A program made the translations under genes and the position numbers. Of a DNA stretch of 64,000 nt, positions 48,376 to 64,000 are shown one piece after another. Under the pieces are notes generated by a model. It saw only the letters and a program-made list of their open reading frames with translations. It was not told the origin of the DNA and did no database searches. Every line of letters starts with the position of its first letter. Position 1 is the stretch's first letter. The DNA is from Eledone cirrhosa (lineage: Eukaryota), in the NCBI GenBank assembly GCA_964016885.1, contig OZ024741.1, positions 166,160,001 to 166,224,000 of the forward strand, read 5' to 3'.

Positions 48376-48670
48376 AAGTTAAATAAAAGTCAAATGATTA
48401 AAATTTAGCTTCGTTTATTACTGCTATATACATTTCAGTGACAGCCATCTTTGGCTGTGATCTCTTCAGGCAGTTTGAATTAGTATGGTATAGACAAGTA
48501 GCTGAAATATATATAGCAGTAATAAACGAAGCGAAATTTTAATCATTTGACTTTTATTTAACTTTATTTTACACTACTCCGGAGTAACCAAACCAACCTG
48601 CGCACTTCGTCGAGTGCTCCAGCCTGCATACTGAGGTGTTGGTATACAACCAACATATACTCAAAATCTA
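48370..48670. mobile_element. Inverted pLTR-like element with hammerhead (48420-48474, -)
   Basis: Arms 48370-48438 and 48502-48570; actgc-CTGAAGA-..acagcc(aaagat)ggctgt..-GAAA-tgtatata-gcagt. Confidence 0.75.
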
Positions 48671-48716
48671 TATATATATATATATAAGGATTAAAATACT
48701 TCTTGTTGTTTTAATT

Positions 48717-48754
48717 GCCCTGATGAGTCCTTAATAGGACGAAACATTGTTGGC
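48717..48754 (+). ncRNA. Minimal hammerhead ribozyme
   Basis: gcc-CTGATGA-gtcct(taat)aggac-GAAA-catt-GTT-ggc followed by AATAAA. Confidence 0.82.
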
Positions 48755-48795
48755 TAATAAAGACTTTTGATGTATTGAAGGTTTCTTTGTTTTAC

Positions 48796-48840
<45 letters not shown>

Positions 48841-48929
48841 AAAAGAGTCAGGACCTCGACGGCTGAGCTCCGACCGTTGCGGTCCTGAATCTTTTCATAT
48901 ATGTATGTGCGTGTGTGTGTGTGTGTTGT

Positions 48930-48975
<46 letters not shown>

Positions 48976-49458
48976 GCGCGTGTGTGTGTATGTGCGTGTG
49001 TGTCAATTATCAACATGGCTATTCTCTCTAGTTCCCTAGTTCCCCTCATTTTTGACGAAAGTTTATTTATATTACACCCCCCCCCCCCCCCCACACTTCC
49101 TGCCTTACCATTTACACAACTTATATTTTGTTCTCTTTCCAGCCGTATAACTTGATTCTTATTTGTTTACCTACCACCTTTTCCTTTTGAAAAAAACACT
49201 CCGTTGTTTTCCTATCTCTCCGTATTGTTGTTTCGTCTCATATGCACCATTCCGGCGGCTTGTTCACACCATCCTACAAATTGTGCTCACATCACTTATC
49301 TACGAACTTCTGCATTGCCCAGGGCGTGGCTGACAATGAGGATGGATGCTTTGATTCGTTCGTCCCATGTGTTTCTTTTTTTTTTTTTTTGCATGCACAA
49401 CCTTGCTATATATATAAATATATATAAATATATATATATATATAAATATAAAATATAT

Positions 49459-49505
<47 letters not shown>

Positions 49506-49513
49506 ATATATAC

Positions 49514-49593
<80 letters not shown>

Positions 49594-49677
49594 AGATTTA
49601 GCTTCATATATAATATATACAATATATAATTTATACAATATAAAATATATACAATATTTATATATATATATATTTAT

Positions 49678-49789
<112 letters not shown>

Positions 49790-49807
49790 GTATATATATA
49801 TATATAT

Positions 49808-49863
<56 letters not shown>

Positions 49864-49864
49864 G

Positions 49865-49975
<111 letters not shown>

Positions 49976-50383
49976 CATCACCCTTTATAATGGTCTATGA
50001 GAAACAGTTTCCTTGAATACAAATATTAAAAGTGCTTTTATACACGCATACTAACAAACATCACGCACGTACCTCTCTCTCTTACTCTCTGTTTCCCCTC
50101 ATGTTCTCTGTTTCTCCCCCTCTCATTCTGTGACTCTCTCTCTCTCTCTCCACATACACTCATACACTAATGGTCTTGCTTACGAGCGCATCTGTGTTTA
50201 TTCATTGAAGCAGTTGATAATTCATAAATCTTTCATGAAAAGTGGTTTGTTTCAAGATGAACGTTCCCATATTAGTGGCGAGAGAAAGGTTTTGATAGTT
50301 TGATAGGGAACATTGACTCCTGAACCTTTGATGTTTTAAAAAATTGTATTAGATTTATGATTTTGTTTACTTTAATATATATA

Positions 50384-50454
<71 letters not shown>

Positions 50455-50456
<2 letters not shown>

Positions 50457-50958
50457 AGTAAATATCTTTAAGTCGTTTGGAAGCCTCGACAATGCAAATG
50501 GGTAAATCTCCGGGTAACAAGATCCGGTGGTTGAGAGAGAGATGTAAGTGGGTCTACGTTGAGATGCGTGGTGTGTATAAGACGTGTAGAGGAATGAAGG
50601 AAAGAGTATAAAGGAAAAATAAAAAATATTCAAAGATATTCAAAACAACAAACAGCGGAGGACGCGTTTCGCACCTGTCCGACAGACAACCTTTCCCCCG
50701 GAAAAAAACCCCAGTTGATGGATGTGAATCCGAAATATATAGGGACTATTAAATCTCTCCCAAGGTAACTCTCTCTCGTGTTGTTATTTTTATTTTTCCT
50801 TTATACTCTTTCCTTCATTCTTCTACACATCTTATACACACCACGCATCTCAACGTACACCCACTTACATCTCTCTCTCCACCACCGGATCTTGTTACCC
50901 GGAGATTTACCCATCTGCACTGTCGAGGCTTCCAAACGACTTAAAGATATTTACTTAT
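50455..50958. repeat. ~175-bp inverted repeat enclosing degenerate hammerhead pieces
   Basis: Arms 50455-50628 and 50784-50958; ccc-cagttga-tggat(gtga)atcc-GAAA-tatata-ggg at 50709-50744; GAAACGCGTC half-site on the minus strand at ~50660-50671. Confidence 0.8.
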
Positions 50959-50993
50959 TATTCCACAATGCTTCAAGCAAACTTCAATACTCT

Positions 50994-51064
<71 letters not shown>

Positions 51065-51315
51065 TAAAATAACAGATTAAAGTTTAAGCAAAGAATCGCT
51101 GCTTTCACCCTTAACGGGATCTTCTGAAACTAACAAAGTCAATCTGTAAACGCAGAACTGGATATTTCAAAAAACGTTGCAACCGGAGGAAGACAGGAAG
51201 ACGATACTTTGGTTCATGGTGACGTTCGCTGGCAAAGAACGGGAAAAAAAACGAATAATACGTCATTAATAGGAGCGAGCCCTCTCTGGATTTTAGTCTT
51301 CAATTTTATTATTAT

Positions 51316-51358
<43 letters not shown>

Positions 51359-51578
51359 AAGAAAAACGTAAACCAAATAATACAATACAGATACGATTTA
51401 AATGTATTCGCAATCTTTTCGACGCCTTGGCATGTTTCCTTGTCACTATTGGAACCTTGCGATAACGATCGCGATCACCGTAAACGCCTAGAGGAGATAA
51501 CTCTTTTCTGGTTTCAGGGGTTGGAGGAGCCTATAAATCACTCATCTATGACGCCACATGCCATAACACTTTCTTTAG

Positions 51579-51786
51579 TGCCACCCTCATATCTTCTGTC
51601 ACGAACTCAGGCAGCACCGGTTCCCTCAGTATACGGATTGCGGTTTTGTCTCCGCGAAATTGAGAGGGAGACATGGTGTCTGAGGAAGAAAAGAGATTCG
51701 CGAGGTGGAATGGCTGATGTAGCGGGTGTTACTTGCTCTTCTCCACGGAGCACAGCTGACGTAAATTTTCCAGTCAAGAGTGTAAA
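51579..51786 (+). other. Candidate host exon
   Basis: ctttctttAG| ... AA|GTATGT boundaries; GC-richer; only one frame open; no recognisable motif. Confidence 0.3.
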
Positions 51787-52462
51787 GTATGTTCTCTTCC
51801 TATTTCTCCACTTCAATTTGTTTAGCCTCATTTTCTTTTTGTCATTATAATATTATATGAGTTTAGAAAATGTAGAAAATCTCGAAAGCAGGAACACTAC
51901 ATTTTCCGTCTATAGGTGTATTTTACAATATTTTCTAAGCTGCGTTCACAGCTATCTTCCTGCGTTCGAAATGTTCTATATTTCAACACACTCGACACTC
52001 CGGTGTTTATTATAATTGTATTTTAACTCTTAACATCCAGCTTGTTAACGCAAATATTTATAGTATATTTACTAGCAGACATATTACGATGAAAATTTGC
52101 AGTATTAGAAGTAAAGACTTGAAATGTTTAATATGATGTAATTATAGAGATGTTTTGTATTTTTCGAGGAAGGTTTTGCTAATGTGGTTTTATGAGGTAC
52201 AGGATATTGAAAACTAAATAAAATTTAGAATATAAATTATCAGAGCGTTGAGTGGATTTGAAATTCTTCAAAAATGTTGAAATCTCAAACGCAAATAAAA
52301 AGTAGTTTTGAGAGGTACGGAGGTCGCTTCTTCATAGCTGCTAATTACTTTACCATCTGTGAGGGTATTTTACCGGTTTTCTAAACCAATATTTATAGCA
52401 ATCGACCGTGGTTATAGTTATTTGCTGCGCTTGAGATTTTAACATTTTCTAAGAATTAAATA

Positions 52463-52531
52463 TAATTGTTACTACTTTAGGCACAAGGCTAGCAAAATAC
52501 CCAGTGCATTACTGGTACTTTATTTTATCGA
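52463..52531 (-). mobile_element. SINE family 1 3' fragment
   Basis: Matches 24315-24380. Confidence 0.8.
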
Positions 52532-52749
52532 ATGTTAATCATATATATAATTTATACTCTCTCTAGACGTTCATTTCAATTCTATCTTAACGTTTATTGG
52601 CTGATCATCACTAATTTAACGCTACATTATCCAGGCTAAGTAAGTATTGACTCGCCGGGAATAGCGTAACGTATTGATGAATATAAAATTGTGTGTGTAT
52701 GTACGTGTGTGTTTAGGGTGAGGTGTGTGTATTTAACGTGGGGTGCCTG

Positions 52750-52824
<75 letters not shown>

Positions 52825-53229
52825 GCCTATGTGTATATTTAGGATGTAGAGCCTGTGTAAGTATCTTTGTGTATATTTAGGGTGGTATGTGTGTGTGTGT
52901 GTGTGTGTGCGTGTGTGTCTGTACATAGGGTGTGATGTGTGTGTATCTGTATATAGGGTGTGGCGTGTGTGTATGTCTGTATGTATGTATTTAGAGTGGT
53001 GTGTGTGTGTGTGTGTGTGTACCTAGGGTGTGATGTGTGTGTATCTGTATATAGGGTGTGGCGTGTGTGTATGTCTGTATGTTTGTATCTAGAGTGTTGG
53101 GTGTGTATATTAAGAGTATAGTGTTTTAGATTTGCCTACATCACAGAGAATTACTGGGAAGCGATTTTACAGCGAGTGATATGACATCAAACAAGGTGTG
53201 GAGCTGATGAGATATTCAATAGCTTTGTA

Positions 53230-53880
53230 AATGTAAGGCATTGGAAACTGATCTGGCTCAATCCTTAATGCGTTGGACCTCCGTCAGTTCCAATGATAAG
53301 TGTTCTAGCTGTTTCAATTACGGAACAACCCGCCTAACAAATTAACATATAAATGGCTGAGTATTCCGAACGTATTCTTAACATAGTTTTCTACCAGATT
53401 ATGCGTGACACCACAGTGTGTGACAAGACTGGCCATTCGAATTACAAGCAAAATCCAACTTGTCTGAAGCCATGTTTTGCAGCAAAGATTTACGGCCCTT
53501 TATGGTCTGAGTTCAAATCCCGCCGAGGTTAAATTTGCCTTTCATCCTTACGGGGTCGATAAAATAAAGTACCAGTAATACTCTGGGATAATTGCTGGCC
53601 TTGTGTCAAAAGTAGAAACAATTATAATGTAAGTGACCAAGTATTTCACTGACACGTGTACCCATAACATAGTTCTCTAGGAGATGTGGCGTGACATAAC
53701 AGTGTGTGACAAGTATGCTCCTTTGAATAACAGTTACAAGTCATTTTTTTCCCGGCTGAGTGGACAGGAGCAACGTAAAAAAAGTGTTTTGCTCAAAGAT
53801 ACAATACGGTCCGGTAGGAGAATCGAACACACTGCCTTACAATCATGAATCCAGCTCATTAAACACTAAGCTATCCACCA
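53230..53880 (-). mobile_element. Degenerate SINE family 2-related sequence interrupted by a family 1 SINE
   Basis: ggagcaacgt...gtgttttgctcaaagatacaa core; internally duplicated segment at ~53370-53450 and ~53660-53735. Confidence 0.55.
53469..53625 (+). mobile_element. SINE family 1, 5'-truncated
   Basis: B box, body and 3' end present. Confidence 0.85.
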
Positions 53881-54103
53881 TCAGATGTCCTTCATAAATA
53901 AACATATAAATGACAATGTAAAATAAAGCCAAACCAAACGATTATCCCGATGTCTTTTAGAAAAAGAGATAACATTTGAACATCATTAGAGTTGATTCGC
54001 AATGGTTGCTATATTCACTTATCGTCTGTTAAGAATATATTAATATACTTGGTGTTTCTATTTAGTCGGAGAATTTCAGTTTGAAACTTTGTCTAATACA
54101 CCC

Positions 54104-57585
<3,482 letters not shown>

Positions 57586-57594
<9 letters not shown>

Positions 57595-58346
57595 GCAAGT
57601 TTGAAGAACTATTAGATAAAATATATACAGTTGTTTCCTCTTCCTAGTCCGTATAAATCAACCACATAAAAAATCATTTAAACGAGGCTATAAGTTTAAA
57701 ATGTAACTATGAAGAAATAATAGACAAATGATACAGACTATTTTCCGCGATGTACAGCCAGATAGAATTTATCCAGTTATTTATTTTAGCCTGTAGAAAT
57801 TGACTAGACAAATAATTAACTACACGGAGTTAGGTACAAAATAGAAGTTTGAAGAAAAAGTGCACATAAACTTTACCAAAATTCCTCTAGTCCCGACCAC
57901 CGGTGATTTCGTTCCATTTTTTGGATATACCCGATCTTGGATCTATCCACGAGGCTTGGAACTCATCAGGAGACACCCCGATTCTGGACTATGTTTTCTA
58001 CCATGATCCCCGCCAGAGATGAATTCAAAATGGCTTAGAACCATCACGTGGTCTGCGGTCAAAGCAGAAAATTTGTGATTGGTGTCTGTCGGTGAGTAGG
58101 CTGGTTGCTAGAAAGCGCAGCCGGATACTACCTATAGTTTTACTCAACCTTACGGGAGTATATATCAAATTCAAAGGGGTATATGTATATAATTAGACAT
58201 AGTCACAGATACATATATGAGTTTGGCTACCTTACACGGTGTGGCTCAATGAAGAATTAATTAAGCAAATAATCATTAATCAGAGGTATATATAAAATTG
58301 CAAGTTTGAAGAACTATTAGATAAAATATATACAGTATTTCCTCTT

Positions 58347-58350
<4 letters not shown>
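57586..58350 (-). mobile_element. Retrozyme/solo-pLTR-like element: 705-bp unit plus ~60-bp direct repeat, one hammerhead
   Basis: 57586-57646 matches 58291-58350; TA flanks; no ORF. Confidence 0.75.
57890..57974 (-). ncRNA. Type I hammerhead ribozyme with long stem II
   Basis: gtctc-CTGATGA-gttcca...tggaac-GAAA-tcaccggtg-GTC-gggac. Confidence 0.88.
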
Positions 58351-58393
<43 letters not shown>

Positions 58394-58579
58394 TTATTTA
58401 TTTATACCGGGTTCAATCGGGGGCAACCACAGTAAGCCAGGTACTCAATACATAGCAGAGTGTAACTATTTAATATAGAAATGGCTTCTACAGGACTAGA
58501 ACTGGGGAATCTCGTCAGAAGGCTCTTCTCGCAGTTTGTGATTTGAACTCGGGAATTTTACATTCTCCGAGCGAGAAGA

Positions 58580-58663
58580 GCCTTCTGACGAGATTACCCT
58601 TCTCAATGGAAATCCGCTTGGATTATCTGTTTATTTTGGGATTCGAAACTACGCGGTAAAGGC
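58580..58663 (+). ncRNA. Type I hammerhead ribozyme
   Basis: gcctt-CTGACGA-gattaccc...gggattc-GAAA-ctacgcg-GTA-aaggc. Confidence 0.82.
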
Positions 58664-58735
58664 ACATATAGTAAGTACAGCGAACCTTTTAAAATTTATT
58701 TTAAAACTTTCTTTCTATTTGCTAGACCTTGATTT

Positions 58736-58790
<55 letters not shown>

Positions 58791-58795
<5 letters not shown>

Positions 58796-59175
58796 ATCAA
58801 AAGATGGTTAAAAGAGTTCCATGTATTTTATTATGCGCATTTCAAAAACAAATATCATCATGCGATGACATTTGCGTTTTCGTCAGATAAAATAGGGAGA
58901 CATGATATGAAGGTTAAAAAACACTTGTGAATAGTGCAGTTTTAAATCAACATATTTAAATCAACATATTTTAAATCAACATATTTAAATCAACATATTT
59001 TAAATCAACATAATGTTGATTTAAAACTGCACTATTCACAAGTGTTTTTTAACCTTCATATTATGTCTCCCTATTTTATCTGACGAAAACGCAAATGTCA
59101 TCGCATGATGATATTTGTTTTTGAAATGCGCATAATAAAATACATGGAACTCTTTTAACCATCTTTTGATCTTAT
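58791..59175. repeat. ~160-bp inverted repeat with a hammerhead in each arm and five central 14-15-nt tandem repeats
   Basis: tattttat-CTGACGA-aaacgcaaatgtcatc(gcat)gatgatatttgttttt-GAAA-tgcgca-ta-ataaaata at 59072-59142 (+) and 58824-58894 (-); (ttaaatcaacatat) x5 at 58942-59011. Confidence 0.9.
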
Positions 59176-59274
59176 ATATTTATACTCCAGTCCTACAAAC
59201 TGTAGAGTGCTACTTATCCGATATCTGCATTGCTTTATTGTACTACAATAAAACTCACCTCCTACATATATATC

Positions 59275-59324
<50 letters not shown>

Positions 59325-59329
59325 TGTAT

Positions 59330-59369
<40 letters not shown>

Positions 59370-59497
59370 TGTTATGTAATGTGATAGCACCGTAACTCTT
59401 GTTGGAGTCATAAGGGCGCTATATACGGTGTTTCTTGGGCATTTTAAGCCTGACGGAGGCCATCCCCCTCTTTCTTCACACACACACGCACATCGAC

Positions 59498-59642
59498 AGT
59501 CGATTGACTTTCGTCAAATCGGACCGAGGAAACAATGTTTCCGTTGGTCTTTCCTATTGCTAATACTATCTATTGGTCGCAACTCCAGGTAGAAGGAGCA
59601 ACGTGAAATAAATAAAGAAATAAAGTTCAAGGACATAACACA
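59498..59642 (-). mobile_element. SINE family 2 fragment
   Basis: Matches 41246-41385. Confidence 0.75.
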
Positions 59643-59665
59643 TGGCCTGGTCCAGGACTTTCCTT

Positions 59666-60125
59666 ATGCATATTTCATTTTTTCCATTTATCGTTTTCGG
59701 CGCGCCCGGCCGATTAACTCACTCGATATGCAAATTAGGCTGCTCAGCCGTTAATATGCATAAGGAAAGTATATACTTTCAAACGTTCAATCATCTGGCA
59801 GGAAGGTATACGGTGCTGACGATAGCTAATAAGCTTGAAACTAGTACATTGTTCCTTTGTCAGTGTTGAACAAAAGGGCAACGATGGTTGCTAAACACTG
59901 TACGGCTTACTTCGGGATGTTTGTTTACAAACACACCGAGCATTATAATAAATTTTCGGTAAATGCTTACGTACATATATATATATATGTGTGCAAGTAT
60001 GTATATATACATACTACTGTACGTCTGTATACATATATGTATGTACGTATACATACTTATATTTAAGTAACAGCCTTACTAAGAGTGAGAAATTAAATTT
60101 CGTTGTTTCAGTTTTTTCCATTTAT
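59666..60125 (+). mobile_element. Second copy of the 448-bp hammerhead element (hammerhead 59810-59852)
   Basis: Reverse complement of 39355-39820; cggtg-CTGACGA-tagctaataagctt-GAAA-cta-GTA-cattg. Confidence 0.78.
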
Positions 60126-60212
60126 ATATATATATATAAATATATGTATATATATACATATACACACACATACAGACACATACACACACAGACACATACA
60201 CACACACACAGG

Positions 60213-60253
<41 letters not shown>

Positions 60254-60562
60254 TGTGAGATATGTAATTATGAATGGTTTGGGGAAGCTAGCACAATACG
60301 AAAAGGAAATATAATGGTGAAACTAAAGTAGAGTAAAGTAGGGAGAACAAAACATAATAATAGTTTTTACCTTATATTTCATAATATTTCGAGGTTAAAA
60401 CGCCCTTATTAGATGAGAAAATGGGAGAATCTTGTTTTTACGAGTTGTCCTTTTCCGATTGTTCTTAAACATATTCCAACCTTGAAATATGAAATATAAA
60501 ATGAAAACAAATGTTTTACCTTCATATGTAGCAGATATTGAAACTATGTGGGACTTTTCAGC

Positions 60563-60564
<2 letters not shown>

Positions 60565-60610
<46 letters not shown>

Positions 60611-60623
60611 ATCTTTCTTTCTT

Positions 60624-60691
<68 letters not shown>

Positions 60692-60846
60692 TTCTTCCAA
60701 CATTCCTTTCTAATTTAGTTTCTTCTTCTTCTTCTTCTTCTTCTTCTTCTTCTTCTTCTTCTTCTTCTTCTTCTTCTTCTTCTTCTTCTTCTTCTTCTTC
60801 TTCTTCTTCTTCTTCTTCTTCTTCTTCTTCTTCTTCTTCTTCTTCT
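60565..60846. repeat. (TTTC)n and (TTC)n microsatellites
   Basis: Direct reading. Confidence 0.98.
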
Positions 60847-61434
60847 ATATTTACGCCCTTAAGTAATCATATTCATTTTTCATTTTCTCTTTTATTCATA
60901 TTTTTTACTTTTATCCCCAAATGTTATCGGTGTTTCTTCATTTGTCCCCTTGTCCTCTTATCTCCCCGCCCCCTTTTCCTTTACTTCTTCTTTCTATCTT
61001 CTTTCTTTCCACTTGAGTTTTAGTCTTTTCTTCTAAGTTTCAGTTTTTTTCTAATCTTTCCCATTCCTCATTTCATTCTAGTAACTTATCACTGAAACAT
61101 TTCTTTGTTGCTTTCCTTTCACACCCACCTCCTCCGTACGTTTTATTTCATATTTCAAATGGAAGACATTTTTTTAAAAATTTTCTTTATTTGGTTTAAA
61201 AAAACCCAAGGTGAAATAGTTACTAGGCAACTAAATAATCTTTTCCAACGTTATGTGTAGAATATTTTCGGTGTTCTTTGCTTTCTTTAACAAAAAGCAT
61301 TCACACTAATATTTGAAACAGAAAAACTAATAGGTTTTATTTGAATACGTGGTCGAAATATGTTGTCTATTGTGGAGAACATATATTTTGACCTGATCGT
61401 TTCTCATTGAAAGAAATGGCTCGACATGAATAGC

Positions 61435-61525
61435 CTTCTTCTTCTTCTTCTTCTTCTTCTTCTTCTTCTTCTTCTTCTTCTTCTTCTTCTTCTTCTTCTT
61501 CTTCTTCATCATCGTCATCATCATC

Positions 61526-61562
<37 letters not shown>

Positions 61563-61692
61563 CCACCACCTTCTTCTTCTTCTTCTTCTTCTTCTTCTTC
61601 TTCATCATCGTCATCGTCATCTTCTTCTTCTTCTTCTTCTTCTTCTTCTTCTTCTTCTTCTTCTTCTTCTTCTTCTTCTTCGCCGTCGTCGT
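61435..61692. repeat. Compound (TTC)n/(ATC)n microsatellite
   Basis: Direct reading. Confidence 0.98.
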
Positions 61693-61734
61693 CCATTTTA
61701 TGTCATTGGCTGTTTCGCGGGTTATTGAATTACG

Positions 61735-61995
61735 TTGTGAGCTTAAGGTTCTAGCGAGATCAACCTTGCTTTCCATTCTTCCAGGGTCGTTAAAATATAG
61801 GACCAACCAAGTACTAGAGTCAGTATAATCGACTTTCTATGCGGCGAATTGGCAGAGTTACAACGTCGGATAGAGTGCTTTGTAGCATTCATTTTGACTC
61901 TCTGTTCTCTGATTTCAAATCACGCCGACGTCAACTTTGCCTTTCATCCATTCATGGACGATAAAAAAAGCACCTTTCAAGTACTGGGGTCGATT
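61735..61995 (+). mobile_element. Two degenerate SINE family 1-related copies
   Basis: ttggcagagt...gatttcaaatcacgccgacgtcaactttgcctttcatcc...gtactggggtcgat. Confidence 0.65.
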
Positions 61996-62172
61996 CTTCC
62001 TCTATATCTCTTTCTCACTTTCTTTCTCTCATTCTCTCTATCCTTCTCTGGAATAAATCAACTGTACTCAGTCCTGGAGAGGAGATGGGCTCCACCAAGT
62101 TTTAAAAATGCTCTAGAAACGCCATATGACAATATGGCGCCCCTACGACTCCCTGAGGAGTTACGTGTCCAT

Positions 62173-62226
62173 GCCATACCATACCATACCATACCATACC
62201 ATACCATACCATACCATACCATACCA
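62173..62226. repeat. (CCATA)n pentanucleotide repeat
   Basis: Direct reading. Confidence 0.95.
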
Positions 62227-62508
62227 ATCGACTTTCTAAGACCCACCACAACAGACCCACCTAAAATTACTGACCTTGGGCTTAAAACAAATCAATATTA
62301 TATTAGCTTGATCAGTCATTGATAGTTACACCAAAGTCTATCACCTACTGACCTTCTTCCTTAACTTTTACTGATATTAACACGCAGAAAATTAGAATGT
62401 CCATTTCACTAGTTAACGGTAAACTTAACTTATAGTAAGATTTGAGAATCTGACCTTATAAACAAACAGAAAAGAACAAGACAGATCTCTCTCTCTCTCA
62501 ATTATATT

Positions 62509-62634
<126 letters not shown>

Positions 62635-62729
62635 GAATTGAGAGCTGCGTGGTTGCACACGGGTTACATATGAATACGATTAGTCCTTCATCAGTGATTT
62701 TCCAACTTTCATTGGTATTTCATCGCTTT

Positions 62730-62765
<36 letters not shown>

Positions 62766-62770
<5 letters not shown>

Positions 62771-64000
62771 CATAGAAACACACATCCATACTCGCAATAC
62801 AGGAACACCCCATTCAATCTACAACCACGAACCCGAACCACATTTTACAACAACAAGGAATATAACAAACACAGGAGACCACTTAACATCAGCAGACAAC
62901 CCCTCTACCCCAACCATTTTTTAGACACAGCACACAGATACAGGCAAACAAAATAACACAAGCCAGAGAGAAGAAACCGAGAGAAATAAAAATTATCAAT
63001 CTAACTAGTGCAGAACCAACACCCAACCTTATCAACTTACTCTCCAAAGGTCTTAAATTCCCACTGACCCCACTACGTCCTAACTACTATGAAATGAAGG
63101 AAGACAGCACAGACTTCTGTAGAAAGTTACGACTCAGTGAAGAACTATTCGACCAGTACAATGAGGATGAATCATTAGCTAGAAATAGAAGCAATTACAC
63201 CCCATCAAAAGGTAGAAATAAAATCCTGGACGAATTCTGTGAACACATCACAAACTTCCCTTACCAACATTTGCACAGACAAAAACACAAGCCAAACCTC
63301 AACAAGAAAGAATGGGAAGAATTAAATAGATTAAAAACCGACATAACCATTATAATTAAAGAGGCTGATAAAGGGAGTACAGTAGTCCTAATGGAGACAG
63401 AATTCTATATCAACTTAGCGCTCTCCACTACAATCAACAGAACATTATGAGAAACCTAAAAACTCTGATCAACCAATACAAAGAAGGACTCACTAACAAG
63501 GAATTCAGCTTCATCACAGACTTCACAAGTAAATCCAGACTTTTCTACGGTATCCCTAAAGTACATAAAAGCGAATTAATAAGTAAGGCATGCAAGGAAG
63601 CCACAGACATCGTCATCAATGTCCTCTCACCCAATGATCTCAAATTAAGACCTATAATAGCAGGCCCCGCTTGCGAAACCCACCGCCTTAGCAACTTCAT
63701 TGATACCCTTCTCAAGCCTTTTCTCAAACACATCAAAAGCTATATAATGGACGACCTAGATATGCTCAATCACCTCCCTAATATGCCCCTTTCTGAACAA
63801 ACCCTACTAGTGACGTTCGATGTAGTCAACCTATACTCCAACATCCCCCACAACCTAGGAATAGAAGCTATCCAATTCTGGCTGGATAATTTCCACAATG
63901 AACTCCCACAACGCATCAAAAAAGAATTCGTGATAGAGGGACTCAAATTTATCTTGGAGAACAATTACTTCGTTTTCAATAACAAACCCTACAGGCAGAA
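62766..64000 (+). mobile_element. Decayed Penelope-like RT element, runs off the window end
   Basis: LLSKGLKF, PNLNKKE, IIKEADKGSTVV, FYGIPKVHK, RPIIAG, TFDVVNLYSNIP, LENNYFVFN; reading frame broken near 63440. Confidence 0.88.

Noticed and set aside
51209-51850. 213-aa ORF as a complete gene
   Set aside because: It runs through a TA microsatellite and repeat fragments; only 51579-51786 is kept as a weak exon candidate.

Overview
AT-rich, microsatellite-dense animal DNA made almost entirely of retroelements. The SINE family suggests an octopus/cephalopod source, which is my inference. (1) 1-22.7 kb: a head-to-tail array of four young ~6.05-kb Tx1-clade (L1 group) non-LTR retrotransposons (ORF1 with a CCHC knuckle; ORF2 APE-RT-zinc finger) joined through (ATT)n tails. 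(2) 22.8-30.2 kb: three older Tx1 relatives interleaved with a tRNA-derived SINE, all in (ATT)n runs. The SINE's last ~30 nt match the Tx1 3' end, suggesting a LINE/SINE partnership. (3) 30.5-34.3 kb: three minisatellite arrays (48, 38 and 27 bp units). (4) 35-64 kb: three decayed Penelope-like elements plus many short non-coding elements inserted in (TA)n. About 15 minimal hammerhead ribozyme motifs lie in this part, arranged as partial tandem (retrozyme-like) units or mirror-image inverted repeats. A few short GC-richer segments may be host exons. All calls were made by eye; no searches or folding programs were run.
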